NCBI GenBank assembly: GCA_964035545.1
Contig: OZ037766.1
Location: 19,146,767-19,210,766, forward strand
Length of the DNA stretch: 64,000 nucleotides
Origin: Bugula neritina
Taxonomy: Eukaryota > Animalia > Bryozoa
Direction: 5' to 3'
In this document: positions 20,601 to 34,600 of the stretch, piece after piece
How the letters are laid out: each line of letters opens with the position of its first letter
How positions within the stretch are numbered: the first letter of the stretch is position 1
Position numbers and translations under genes: made by a program
The notes under the pieces: generated by a model
Databases searched by the model: none
What the model was told of the DNA's origin: nothing
What the model saw: the letters and a program-made list of their open reading frames with translations, nothing else

Positions 20601-22100
20601 GCTCATGAGGTATGCTCTAAAGATAGAGTATATCCCAGGGTCTCGTTACCACGTAGCAGATGCTTTGTCTCGAGTACCCTCTGGTCTACCATCTCGCATA
20701 GATGTGATGCTGGTTGAAGAGCTAGAAGCTAGCACTTCCATCATACCTTCTATGTATACAATGATCAAAAAGATCAAGGAGGCACAACAACTAGATGCTG
20801 TGTGCCAAGAGGTCCAGAATCTCATCACAAAAGGATGGCCTACATATAAAACAGATGCCCACACAGCAGCACACCCTTACTGGGATGTCAAAAAACATTT
20901 GACACAATCTAAAGGCCTTCTTTTGTATGATCAGTGGCTAGTCACCCCAAGTAACCTAAGACGAAAACTGCTTGACCGCTATTACCAGGTCCATCAAGAA
21001 GTAGTAAAGTGCCAGGCAAGAGCCAGAAGAGCTATCTGGTGGCCAGGAATGTCTACAGAAATAAAGGAAATGGTACAAGGGTGTTGACATTGCAGAATTA
21101 ACTCACCAACTCCGGTAGAGCCTCTGCAGCCGTCCACCTCGCCATCAAAACCCTGGATAAAGTTAGGTGCAGACCTGTTCGAGCTCCAGAAAAAGAACTA
21201 TCTTTTAGTAGTTGATTACCATAGAAGATACATAGAAGTTAGGAGATTAAACTCTCTGTCTTCAGCATTCATTAAGGACAAAGTTAAATCCATCTTTTCA
21301 ACACATGGAATTCCCGAGGTAGTCATTTCTGACAATGGACCTCAGTTCAGTTCTAGAGAGTTTCAAAAATTCGCCAAGAGTTATGGTTTTCAACACGTGA
21401 TCAGCTCTCCAAAATATCCAAAAGCTAATGGGGAAGCTCAGAGAGCTGTAGGAACAGTAAAGCGTCTGTGGAGCAAAACTACAGACCCGTACCTAAGCCT
21501 AATAACCTATAAAGCTACCCCACTCGAAAATAGATTCACTCCTTTAGAACTCTTGATGAACAGGCTACATCAAACTACTCTGCCCTCAATGCCCAAAATC
21601 CAAGTGGTTCACAAGCTACCAAACATTGCTGAGAAGGAACAATACATAAATCTAAGAACCAAGAGTAACTAGAACCAACGGCACAAACCCACCCTGTTGC
21701 CTGAACTTTCTCAAGGTTCACTCCTTTATGTCAAAGACATTAAGGAGCAGGGCACAGTTCTGGCAAGTGTAGCTCCACACTCATACACAATGAAAACTGA
21801 AACAGAAGTTATGCGCCGAATCAAAAGTGCGTTGGTAGATCTACGGGAAGAGGAGCCCGTAGTGTTTGAACCAAATGCTCCTCCGCCGGTTCTTATGGGT
21901 ACAGAGGTGCATGGTCCAAAAGCTAACAGAAAAGCCAACCCATCAGGAACACAGGCACCAGGAACATTGGTCGCAGGGGTCTTGGGTATGTCTTTAGCCC
22001 ATCCAGCCAGTCCAACGGTTCCAGGTAGGTTTAGTGCTCTATCTAGATAACGAAGATTCCCCCGGAGATCTGACAACTATGCGATGAATTAACATCCAGA
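17631..22100 (+). mobile_element. Element D: old, heavily decayed Gypsy element of another family (5' LTR, gag, pol)
   Basis: Putative LTR ~17631-17869 (TG..CA), then partial Leu PBS TGGTGGCAGCAGT. Gag remnants (LLYTIG, ERYKFN), RT (KLDANSGFWQI, HMDD), RNase H (ATDACN, ADALSR), integrase (SDNGPQF, ANGEAQRAV), with many stops. No 3' LTR seen. Confidence 0.85.
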
Positions 22101-22382
22101 TGATCTAACCACGAAGACACTCGTTCCTTCTATGCAGCAATCATGAATATATTTTTACGTTTTTCTCACTATTAACCTTCCTTTACTATTGTCAATCTTA
22201 ATTAATAGCCCAAGTGATTACATATAAAGTGTTTGTACCCACTTAGAAAGAAGTATGTTGTGTTGTTCGACTCGCTATTATTCACCGCGAGACACGTAGT
22301 GTTATAGTGTCCAAATACCAGGGGTAATTTTGACAGAGGTGAACCTCCTTTGTTCTCAACAGTGATACTATACTGCCTAGAG

Positions 22383-24041
22383 CAGTAGTTCCCAACCTTT
22401 TTCATACTATTCCCCCCTTTCATAAATGTTGACTAATAATTAACCTCCATTCAAAGAGCGAAAAGATTTTATGACTTACTGAATGAGAATATATGATACA
22501 ATGCAATATATTTTGTTCTATTATATTTTCATGTAATATAATTATCATGATAGTAATATTATCATTATTTTTGTGTTATATAACACAGAGCAGTCCAATT
22601 ATTAATGTTATGGCTTCAGTTCATGCTTTTGTGCCAGCTTACTTAAGTCTCACTCTGTTTATGACCAAGCCTGTCTTAAGTCACTCTGCGGGTTAAGGCA
22701 GTTTCTCTTCGTTTTGAATTGATGAAAATCCTACCTCACACAGATAGGCGGTGCTGGATGGCACCAAAACTCTGCTTTGTCAGCATGTGTGGGAAGAGTT
22801 TGCTTGTTGAAACCCAGAAATACTTAAGGTAAAAATGGTGTATGTAAAATGGCACGCTGGTGTCAAATTTTTCCAAACTAAAACCCCCAACCCGTGAACC
22901 CAAACCCCCACCCCCTAACTCACACCCCACCCCCAAACTCCAGAACCTCAAGTACAAACCTACAATCCTCACCTCAAACCCTTCTTTCAAACTCCAAACC
23001 CCCACCCCAACATTGAAAACATGTGCCATTTTTACCTACTTTTCCATTTGTGCTCTTATTATCTGTACCATTTCTACTGGACACTACCCACAATTCATCA
23101 ATTGGAGAAGATTTTAAATCATCCTTCATTTCTGAATTGTGAATCAACTCAATGAAATCCTCCTATGATTCCTCTAAAAACGTTTCAACAAAGCGTTGCA
23201 ATCGGTCACATTTCAAGTTAAGAATCTAGCTCTTTTTTTGGGTGGTAGCTCAGAGAAATACTGCTAAAACTTCCTTAACATTTCAGAGATGAGAACAGGG
23301 AGAGTAGGTGGTGTCCGGTAAAAATGGCACGGGTAAAAATAGCATTATTGGCACAAATGGAAATTAGATAAAAATGGCACATTTTCAACTTTAGCATTAA
23401 AGACTTGAATTGGGGGTTAGGCATTCAGAATAGGTAGTTTGGAGGTTTGGGTTTTTGGGTTATGGAAAATTTAACACCAGTGTGCAATCTTTACCTGTGC
23501 CATTTTTGCATAAAATTGGAACAGGTTCTTCTATAAAAGTTCATTGAATGTGTGGAAAGACACCATGTTTTTGACAGAAACACCACCACTTTAAAAACAT
23601 TGCTGCTGCTAATGAAAAGCAACGGTATGATGATTGCACTCCTGAATTTTTAGTTTCAGATTAATTAGTGTAGAAAATATTATATTCACTAGGTATGTAG
23701 TATACAATTTATAGAAATTGACTTGCATGGCTGCTAAAAGTTGGCCTGCTGGTTTTTGCAAATTTTTTGACCTCTATTGGAAATAGCACAGAGAACAGTT
23801 AGGGTAGAGTAATTAATAAACACATTCATGTAGAAGTAAACTGAGATTGCAGAATATGGTCTGGTTAAATAGATGAACTAAGATAAAGATTTATAGATAT
23901 TAGATATGCATATATACTTATGTAATGTGCAAGTGCTCAAAAAGCCTTCAACAAAGTGCGTGAATTTTTCAAAATCCAAATTCCCCCTAAAATGTCCGAA
24001 TTCCCCCCTAAGGGAATTTCCCCTCAGGTTGGGAGCCACTG
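22383..24041 (-). mobile_element. hAT (Buster/Charlie-like) DNA transposon remnant with two nested MITE-like inserts (~22828-23045, ~23310-23510)
   Basis: TIRs CAGTAGTTCCCAACC / GGTTGGGAGCCACTG. Imperfect 8-bp TSD GCCTAGAG/ACCTAGAC. Minus-strand remnant ..STAYLCEVGFSS..KRNCLNPQSDLR of the hAT dimerisation domain near 22670-22760. Confidence 0.75.
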
Positions 24042-24289
24042 ACCTAGACCTAATTTGAACTTGTTATTCAACAGTAGGCATGGTAGAAAAAGTAGGAAGT
24101 TATTAAGATTTTAAAGTTTGAAGTAATTGACATGTAATTATAAAGTAATTGTAAAAATCAATTACATTAGCAATGTAATTAACTTCAATTACATTTTTAG
24201 ACATCAATTACAAATTACATTCAATTACTTGAAAAAATGTATTTTTTTACAACCAATTCCAATTACAAATTACAATTACCCCAACCCTG

Positions 24290-24700
24290 TCGATCTCTTT
24301 TCTTAGATCTGCCTTTGACGATGGGTGGCTGCATATTCATTGACCGACCTTAGTATTTCACCGCCAGCAATAACGCAAGGTGGGTTTGAATGCTTTGCTG
24401 GTCTTGACCGACATTCAACCTGGGTCTTTTTAGCATTCAGTTTCTATCCAAAAGCATTAAAGGCAGTTATAGTGATCTGGAAATGTTCCTCTGAGTCAGC
24501 CACAAGAACATTGTCATTCACACATTTACGCTCGATTAAAGAAGTTTCTGGTGCTAGCGTCTTTGCTCGCAGCCTTTGTAAGTTGAACAGATCACTGTAT
24601 GATAGTACAATCTTATGCTTAAGCATATTTCCTGCTTTACAAGCTATTGTACAGCAAATAAATATACGGAGAACATCGTTGGCTCAATCACGTAGCCTTG
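24290..24700 (-). mobile_element. Degraded RTE-like LINE RT fragment
   Basis: ORF 24444-24626 LFNLQRLRAKT...VNDNVLVADSEEHFQ...NAFG, followed by KLNAKKTQV. Confidence 0.6.
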
Positions 24701-25605
24701 CTTGACACCACTTGTTTAGCTAATAAATTTTAAATTTGTCATGATGTAAATTTGTCATATTTTATTATCGGACTTCATTTTATTAACGCAAAACTTTTAC
24801 TTTGACATCACACAACTATGATTATATGTAACTGGTGACAACTTTACTGATAAAAGCACTGTTTCTAAACAACAATACACTACTACTGCAGTTGGCGTGA
24901 CAAAGAGGTGCAATGATTGTTAGTTGAGCTTTCGTCAGACCCAACTAATCAAAATTCGTCTTGTCTGAATTAGCTATAACATATCATTCTGTAAATCTAG
25001 CTATAGAGTTTGAGATGTTTTATGTTGGCCATTATGAGCTGAAAAAGCTTATTGTATATGTTTCCTCTAGTTATCTGTAACACTTATGTATTTTAGTTCA
25101 ATTATAGTTGCAAATTTACATTGATGCAGACTTGAATTGTTAGTGCAGTTTACTATTTTGCTATTTTTTTTATTATGTTAAATGCATCATAAATTGCGAA
25201 TTTAAACAATGATGCGGTATTTATAGTGATAACATTGTCTCTATTTTTTATATTTGTAGAAAACCTAGAGTGTTTATTTTTGGTAAATCTTTCTCATGTC
25301 TTAACTAATGCAATCATGGGTTGGCAATGCTGAAATTTCAAAAATTACACCCTAAAACTTCACAAGAAGTGAATTTTGGTAAGACTAGTTTATTCTCAAT
25401 TTTATCCATACTAATGATTATTGTGTACAGTATTTGGCAATACTCGCATAATTCGGCCGAGTTTAAGTGCAGGCTAGTTTTCTTGCTGTAGGCCACAAAG
25501 TACACAGTTATAAGAATGTTGAACATTTTAAAAAAAATATGTAAAATCTTTTTATCTATATTTTATAGGTTAAGTAATTTTCAACAAATATTTATGCATT
25601 TTTAG

Positions 25606-28600
25606 GTCCCGATGCTCGTAGTGGTCATAGGATCGTTATAGATGATAGCAATATTTACTCATATGGGGGTTACAACCCTTCTCCGTCATCAACTATTACA
25701 GATCCTAGAGACATGGCAGAATTTCCTCTTTTTCGTGAGTTGTGGAAGTTCAATTTAGCCTCAAACACTTGGAATCGCCTAGATATGACCGGTTCTGTTC
25801 CAAAAGAATGTGTATCTTATGCTTGTAAGTCATATTTTTTTTGTTACCATGTTTAGCTATTAAAATTTGAACATACATATTTTATTGCTACATTTTGACT
25901 GTTCAAATAGGTTCTCATTGGAGTTATATACATCAATATCTGAGTGTGACTAAAATGGGTGGCCACCCGGTGTCGCAGTCCGTGACACCCATATTGGTCA
26001 TAAGGCAAGGTTTTGACTAAAATGGGTGTCGCGAAAAAATGTTCATTTATTTTCAAATTTTAGCCAGTTTTGACTGTTAAAATTAGTGTTAAATAAATCT
26101 TCAGTGAATAATGAACATTTCACAATTGTTTAAACCAAAAAATGTATTTAAAATAATGATAAAATTGGAATAATTATAACAAAAACCAAACTCGTCAAGA
26201 GTTATCTTTTCTCATCAAAAATTTAATTTTCACCTAATTTTATTGCTAGTGTTATGATCATAGACATGCCCACTTATAAAACATTTACTTTAAACTAATA
26301 AAAATGCTGGGAGTAATAATTGAAAAACAAAAATGTTTACGAAGTTTAAAGAAAATAAATATTTTCACGGCACCCATTTCAGTTAAAATAACCCAAAATG
26401 ACGAAAATGGGTGTCACGAGATTTTTTGATTTGCATTGAGGATAGATATAATTTTACAATTGACATCATTAAACTGCTTTTGCATTTTTACACCAACTTA
26501 GCTAATTAGAAAGTTACGAAACTGCAACATAAAAATAAATAAGATTAAAGTCATTGTGAAAACCCTTGGGGTCAAAAACCAAGGGGTGTCCGGAAGAATT
26601 CAATAGGTTACATGTATTTTAACCTAATTTCCTAGTTCTTTTTCAGTTTCTTGACATGCTGATTAATTAACCATATACTTTAAACTAGTAAAAATACTGT
26701 GAACAATATTAACAAACAAAAATGTTCACAAAATGTGAAAATAAAACTAAGCATCTTTGCGACACCCATTTTAGTCAAAACCCCCCAAATGACTAAAAGC
26801 ATAATTAACCGTGACGCCCATTTTGGTCATTCGTGGATGTTTTGACTAAAATGGGTTTTGCGAAGATTTTTAATTTTATTTTCACATTTTGTAGACATTT
26901 TTGTTTGTTATTATTGCCCACAGCGTTTTTAATAGTTTAAAGTTTATGTTTCCTAAGTTAGCATGTCTATGATCATCATGATAACAGTAAAATTAAGTGA
27001 AAATTAAATTTTTGATAAGGAAAGATAACTCTTGATGAGTTTGGTTCTTGTTATAATTATTTCAATTTTATCATTATTTATTTATGTCTTTTGGTTTAAA
27101 CGGTTGTGAGATGTTCAATATTCACTGAAGAATAATTTAACAAGGATTTCAATGGTCACAACTGTCTAAAAGTTTGAAAATAACACAAAAATTGCTCTCG
27201 GCACCCATTTTAGTTAAAACCCCTCTTATGACTAAAATGGGTGTCACAGACCGCGACACCGGGTATCTACTTATTTTAGTCACACCTCAATATCTTGTAC
27301 CTAGTGTGCCAACAACATAAAATAAGTGATACACACAGTTCTACAAATCGTTATAAGTTTTTCAGATGATCATTATGTGTGCACTAGGGAAGTTGCAGAT
27401 TTTAAAACTTTGATAGTAGGATCTTCACAGTCCATATAAAGCCAAAGATTATCAACAGCCGTAGTTGTCCATCTCAGCTTACACGAAGTCTCAAACAGCT
27501 ATAGTCTAACAGAAAAATACTAAAATGTTGCCAATGTGGTAACGTAATATGTGACTAGAGCCTTCCAGTAAATGAAAAAATTGGCTATATCTAATGGCCA
27601 AACATTACATATAACATTTTATGCTAAGTTATATGCTTGGTTTGTGAAAGTTGTTGAAGGGCAGTAGGCGAATTTCGGTTCAAATTGTACTTTCATAAAT
27701 ATCGGTTGTAAAGTTAATTGTAATGTTTGGTTATAATTAAGATGAGACCATTGGAATAATGCACCATAAGGTTTATTATTGTAAAGTATAAAGTGTACAG
27801 CTTGACAGCATAGAAAGAACTGACTCTAACTATAAGCACAAGGTGTATACTGGTAGTTATATGCATGTGCATATATATATATGTGTGTGTGTGTGCGCGC
27901 GTGCTTGCGGGTGTATTGTGATAAACTTGTGGGTACTGGATGCAACTAGTGCTTGAACATGCTCTTTGTAAGAGAGAACAAGGTTTGAAGTAGTGTAGAT
28001 GATAGCAATTTTTATTGAAAAGTATAAAATCAGGTCCTTTCCAAGCGAGCTCCAGTAGTAGACTGAACTACACTGGAACTCACTGGCTTTTATAAACAGA
28101 GAACAAAAAAAAGTTTCCTTTGTTGCCGAGATCGGAGGCCGAAATGCTGATATTCTGCATTTCGGGAGTCAGGAATGCCGATCTTGGGCAACATTAGTAA
28201 AAAAGCAACATTAGTAAAAGAAATATTGCATAACTTCAGAATGCATATTCAGTCAATTACATTATGCTGAAAGCTTTTACAACAATCATAATACTTAGGC
28301 ATTAGAAAGCTACCTCACTTAGTTATAATTACAACATTCAAAATGATACGCAATAAGTAATTATAATACTGACGCATATAGTTACTTCAAAATATTTGTT
28401 AAATTTCTATTTTAAATTCTCTATTGGTAGTTTGTCCGTTTTCCAAATAATTGTTTTCCAATTAACATTTTAATAGTCACAGATTTGTTCTGCAGCTTCC
28501 AATCAGTATGTGAAAGATATACTGTGATTATCTGTTAGAATATATTCAACTGCAGGCATACTGATAAATAAAAAGCTGTTTGTCATTGGAGGAACAGGCT

Positions 28601-31600
28601 TCCCATTTGCTGAAGTTAGAAGCAATGTACTCTACTGCTTCGATCTAGCTATATTGCATTGGTCTGTAGCACCATGTAAAGGGACTTTACCTGGAAAAGT
28701 GTATGGTCATGTAAGTGTAAATTCAAGTGATGTGATTGGGTAAATATTTTCCCCAACAGGTTATCATTTTTTTTTTAATTTGTAAACCTCTGTTCAGTTT
28801 TGAATTTTTATCCTAGTTACTATAAAACAATGTTTAAAGGTGGTCTCATTATATAAACTATAATCAATTTTGTAATCTATAGAATGCTATTATCATTGCC
28901 AAAGCATTGTCACTCATAAATTATGTAAAGTGTGATTTTATATAAAATAAATAAAGCTAGTTACTTGAAAATTTTTACAGAATTTGCTAGCTTTATTCAA
29001 TATTTGAGGTAGTTGAACTCTTTCCAAGTTGTTTTGTTCTAAACCTTACTCCTCAAGAACTTTGCTACCTCTTCTTCATAGCAAATAGGATGTGTTGCAT
29101 GCTAATATGTTATAGTAACCAAGCTATTATACCTTTATTGCCTATTACATAGATTTTCTTGCCAGGTGAATAAATTGATATTGGCCTATATATAGATAAA
29201 AACTTTTTTAAAAAAGTTATGGATTAACATTAAATTTTTGCAAAGAAGAGACAGAAGTGCAAAAGCTTAGCTTAACAAATGTAGATTTTTGAATATCTTT
29301 GTGTGAACAACCAGAAACATGTATTCATGGTCCACTTGGCATTTTTTATTTATACCTATTTTTTGTCAGTTTAATACAGCAGCAGCAGCATAACTAATAC
29401 TGAATACTAATACTTTTAGTGCTCCAGCCATCATTTAATACTATTTTACTTTTTCTTTTTTCATAAGAGAAATTTTATTTATTTAAAATTGCTAATTATT
29501 ATATCTAGTTTCATAGATTACTTGCAAAGTTTTCCCAGTGAGTCTCCAAATCAGTAAAAGCTTTGCAGGCACACTAGTGGTCCTAGGTAGAAGATAAAAT
29601 TTTAATCAGTATAACCTCATTGTAAAGTTATGTAATAAGCTGCTTTCTTCGGCTCTTTCTAAAAAAAAAGTTCAACTCTTTGGCAGTCATTCAATGTTAT
29701 ACTTTTTATAACATCTTTGGCAGGTTACATCAAAACAGTAATAAAGTTGTCACTGTTATATTGGCTATCTGCTAAATTACACAATTTAAGTAGTTTTGTA
29801 ATAGACATTATCAACTTGCCTGCTGATGACTTTGCTGACAGGCTCAGTATCTGTTCCATTCTAGAGCCGATAATAATTCTCTCTTGATTTTGTTGCATGC
29901 TGGTTTAGATGCTGCAACAAGCAGATTAGCTAGCTTATATGCTTAAAACACATGCTATACATGCTAATATGTGTGAAAACAAATAAGATTACTCTGCTTC
30001 GAATGTTTAGTTTTTAAGTTACATCCTCATAGTATATTAAGAGGAATGATTTTTAGATACCTTTTGTTAAGCATTATATGAGCTCAAGTATACATAGTGA
30101 ACATTTTTCATTTCATAATGAAAAATATAAAAAGTTGTTTTTCATTTAGGTTTACTTGCATATTCCTTTAATCAAAAGTAGATTGTTTCATCATTCTGTT
30201 CATCCTTAATGTTTTGTGAAAATGTTGAGTATTTTTTATCCCATAGAGTCTGCTACATATCAACGGGTATATATTTTTATTTGGTGGCACTACTGGCTTC
30301 TTCTATAATAATGAGATGTATAAACTAAATCTCCATTCTCTTACATGGCAACTTATCTCCCAGCCTTCTTCAGATGGTCAAACCGCCCCTTCTCCCAGGT
30401 AAAGATTCGTTTGTTTTATTATCCCTTCTAAGAATGTATGCATTGAACAGTAAATAACAGTGTTCAAGTTAAATAAACCTACACTTGCATAAGGTTTTCA
30501 CTACCATAGCAATGTTCAACATAATAGTTCTAGACCATAATTTTCATAGTTTCCCATATTTTATTTTCACAGACTTGTCTCGTGAATTTTTTCTTTTGTA
30601 TATTCTATTATAATTGAAATTTTTACTGTAATGAATATGTTTACTTTTTCAATTTTAATATGTTGTTTATTTGCAAAAGAGTTACAAATAAAAGTTGTAT
30701 GAAGATAATTATTTGGGTTGTCTCAAACCCTGCATGTTGGTCAAAGCTATCTTTCTGTATCCAGGTACAGACAGGAGATGATTGCTTATGGGAACCTCCT
30801 TTATTTATTTGGTGGGGGGACCTCTGAAACAGAGGAATCTTTAAAAACGGTATGTATCCGTTATCTGTGGGTGTATTTATAGTGACAGGTTATTTAGATA
30901 AACATAATATTCCCCAGCTGCCAGTAACCATGCTGTTGAGCAGTGCAGTGCTCAACAGCTGTGATAAACCTCACTTTGAGGTTTAGTGTGAACTGTGAAC
31001 AGGGCTTTATGCAGAAGGCAGAGTGAGCACTAGATGCTTTTGTGGAAATAAAAGCAATATCTGCAAATGCATGCTGGCCATTTTCAATTGTTGACCTGTG
31101 GTAGCCCCCAGGAGAAGATACATGCTAACCATTCGCAGCAGTAAGATAGAAATTCTAGGGTATTTAATTTCTTCTTGGTAGCAAGAAGGAAACCTGTTAT
31201 AGCAAAAGCCAACTTTCACTTGAATGATCTGCATGCATTTAATAATGAAGATAATCAGTATTTCACATCAGATCAAACATGCCTGCATTATAGCTTATTC
31301 AGACGGTAACGGATTGGACGAATGCGAATTTTGTTCGTTTTGGATCACGTGATCGACTTTTCAAAATTTCGTTGGAACCTGACCCAGCTGGTTGCACTCC
31401 ATTGGCTTATTTCAAAAGCGAAATTCACATGGCAAACAGTTTGCTCAAGCGCATTGCTTCTAATGAAATTAAATAATCGATATTTTAGTAATAATAATAA
31501 TGAATAATAATTGATTAAAATAAACAAGTTTGTAAGAAGCTTATTATTTTGCTAGTCAGCGGCATTTTATATTTATTTCAAGCAGTTTTCTTTGCAGAAG

Positions 31601-34600
31601 TACATTTTTTATAGAAATGGTCCAGCTGCGCTGCATCAGTATGATCATTCTGATCCTGACTACAAAGATGCCTGTAAACAAATGAGTTGATGTGCACAAT
31701 GAGTAGCAGTGATTTGAAAAATAGTTTGAGATGTAGTTAAATTGAAATTTATCATTTCACCTAAAGTAGACACTACCAGCTTCTATTTCATTTTATAATT
31801 AGTCCTGTTAAAAACGTCTTAGCAATAGCTCTTATATAGAGAAAATATTATAAAACAGGGAATTTTTTTTTATTCAGTAACAATAAAAAATATAAGTAAT
31901 ATGTAGTGAAAGGCTACGAAAGAATAAATAATCAGTTTGAGTTTGATATAAAAGCACGAACAGGGCATTCAGCTTTACGTGTCATTTTCATTTACTTTTC
32001 ACAGTCCAACTGTTGTTAAATATTATAAATTTACTAAAATTTCAGCTTTTTGTTTACCTAATACTGTGATAAACTTGTGGGTCGAATGTAACTTAGTGCA
32101 AGAACAAGGAGGGTTGAAGTAGTAGTGCTCAGAATATTTATTGTAATAGTAAAGATAGATCTTAACCAGGCGAGCTCCAGTGGTAGACTGAATTTCCACT
32201 GAAACTCGCCTGCTTTTATACACAGAGAACAAAGACATGCATACACAAGAGATCCTTTGTGGTCCGAAATTCGGTAACTCCGAAATTCGGCAGAGCCAAA
32301 CCTTGGCAGAGTCGAAACTCGGACCACAAATTTCCAATATTGATATTACACACAAGAAATAAAAGAATAGGAAACAAGAGAGATATAATTTTACCACAAC
32401 ACAATATAAATTTGTTATAATTTAAAGTTGTGTTTTTATTATAATTATTTTATTAAAGCAAAATTTTTATTTTGTTATAGCACTATGATTAAATTTAACT
32501 AGTAACAACTTTACTAGTAGAAGCACCATTGCTAAGCAACTATGCACTACTACTGCAGTTGGTGCCACAAAGAGGTGCGTTGGTTGTTAGTTAGGCATTC
32601 GTGGAACCCATCGTCCGAAAATTTATAATGTCTGAATAAGTGTTTAGCATGGTGCACATTAGTTTGTATACAATCAGGGGTGAGCAAATGGTGCCCTGTG
32701 TGCCACATTAGGCCCCCTACTGTTTTAATCAGGCCCTCAGCCAATCACTAGCAATTCTAACAATTTCATCGGTGTCTTAATCATTCACAGACTGTGTGTA
32801 CTATTTTTGTTGGCGCGAGATTTGCAAAGAGCTTACTGTAATGAGGTTAATGAATCTTAAAGTTCAGCAAAACCTTTTGACTGGACTTTGTGACTGCCTT
32901 TTAGACTCTCGAAATAATGGAAATTAAGTTTGGTTTGCTAAGTTTAATTAATTTAATATGATTTTCTTTGATTTCATGTAAAAGTGGACACCCAATGATT
33001 TCTTTCTAATTTTATTTTCAAGTCAACTTTAGTAAGTATAGCTCGTTGAGGTGCTTTCTGTTGTGTTTTTTCCATCAACTGCATTTTCTAAAAAGTCAGC
33101 ACTGTCTTTTTTACGTTTGCATAAAGTAATGTGATACCTGACCAATGCTTGCTACAGTGATAGCTTTGAAACCAATTGCTGAACTTAGTTCATTGATAGC
33201 TGCCACATTATCTAGCCTCATTAGTTCCAAATATGAATAAGTGTGGTCCAAGTTTTTAGTAATTAAGGGAGCAGCGGTGGTTCAGGGGTTAAAGGCCTGG
33301 CCACACGATAGTGAGAATCACACGAAATCGTCTATTTGACACGAAAAAACATTCGTACGAGAAAATTTGAGGGAATTCAAACGAAATCGTCATCGTTGGG
33401 TGTACACAACGATGACGATGGACGAAAAATCACAATCGACGATAAGTACCATTTGATTGGTCAATAGAATTTTAGCAACAGTGATTATTTCATTTCTACT
33501 ACGTTTCTCTATTTGGCAATTTTCTGCTGCTTGTATCTTGTGCAAGACTCATTCACGGACTAATAAAAATGACTTGTTGCCACCAAAGTGGTATATATTA
33601 GGGGTATATATATTATACACGCCAGATATTTACTACAAATTTCAAAAATAGCATAAATTAAGTAGTATTACTATGCCTATTTGCATCCAATTTACTAGTC
33701 TTACATGTATAGCAACTGTAATGTATTTTGCGTAAAATAGCTAATGCAAGCATTATTCAATTCATATTCACATTGTAATCACAGCGAAGCTTAAACTTTC
33801 TAGCTTTGTGTTTACGTGCATGAGTGAGTTTTAAAAATTTTTTCAATGTTATATGCATAAAAAATGTGTTTAAAAACTTTACCAATAAACAAAACTAAAA
33901 AAGTGTACACATAAAATACCAAAAAATAACAAAAGTGGCAAATTTTTTCCTTTATAACTTATATAAACTTGCGGTACCAATTTCGGCATAATTACTTTTC
34001 GTCTAACGAGCGTGTGGCTGGTCAATACGAAAAAATAACTCACGAAAATCGTCACACGAGTTTCGTGTGATTCTCACGATCGTGTGGCCAGGCCTTAAGT
34101 CATTTACTTTGTGAACACAAGTCACGGGTTGAACCCCGACAAAGGCCATTGGTGATGTTAGGAAGAGCATCCAGTCGTACTTGCTCTTGTGCTTCATTTG
34201 AACAAGTCCTTAGCCTGTTCTAACAAAAATCCTTTCCATCAGGGGTTTCTCCCAGGGATAGCGACTATAAACTTGTGTTAGTTTTTAAGATTTTAGTTAT
34301 TCGATTATATGCTTATTTCTAGTTGAGTGATTTACTGTTGCTAATGAAACCTGCTTATTATATGAGTTATTTTTGTCAATAATGATCATTAAAAAATAAC
34401 TTGAGAATAAATTGTTTACCCTGTTCCTGTTCCGTATGATTTTTTTTCAAAGGGTGATGTAGATCAATTTTGAGCACATTTACTTCTAGTATTTCTCGTA
34501 GAAGTACAAGGGTTATTTTAGTTTGCTGCATGGATGAAATCAGTATAGCACTTTATATAAAGTTTATTTCCACTGGAAGGTAGACAAATATCCCCTTATT

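Noticed and set aside
25942-27286. Regularly recurring GACTAAAATGGGTGTC motifs as a CRISPR-like array
   Set aside because: Eukaryotic intron, motifs in both orientations, long TIRs and a 9-bp TSD indicate a DNA transposon.
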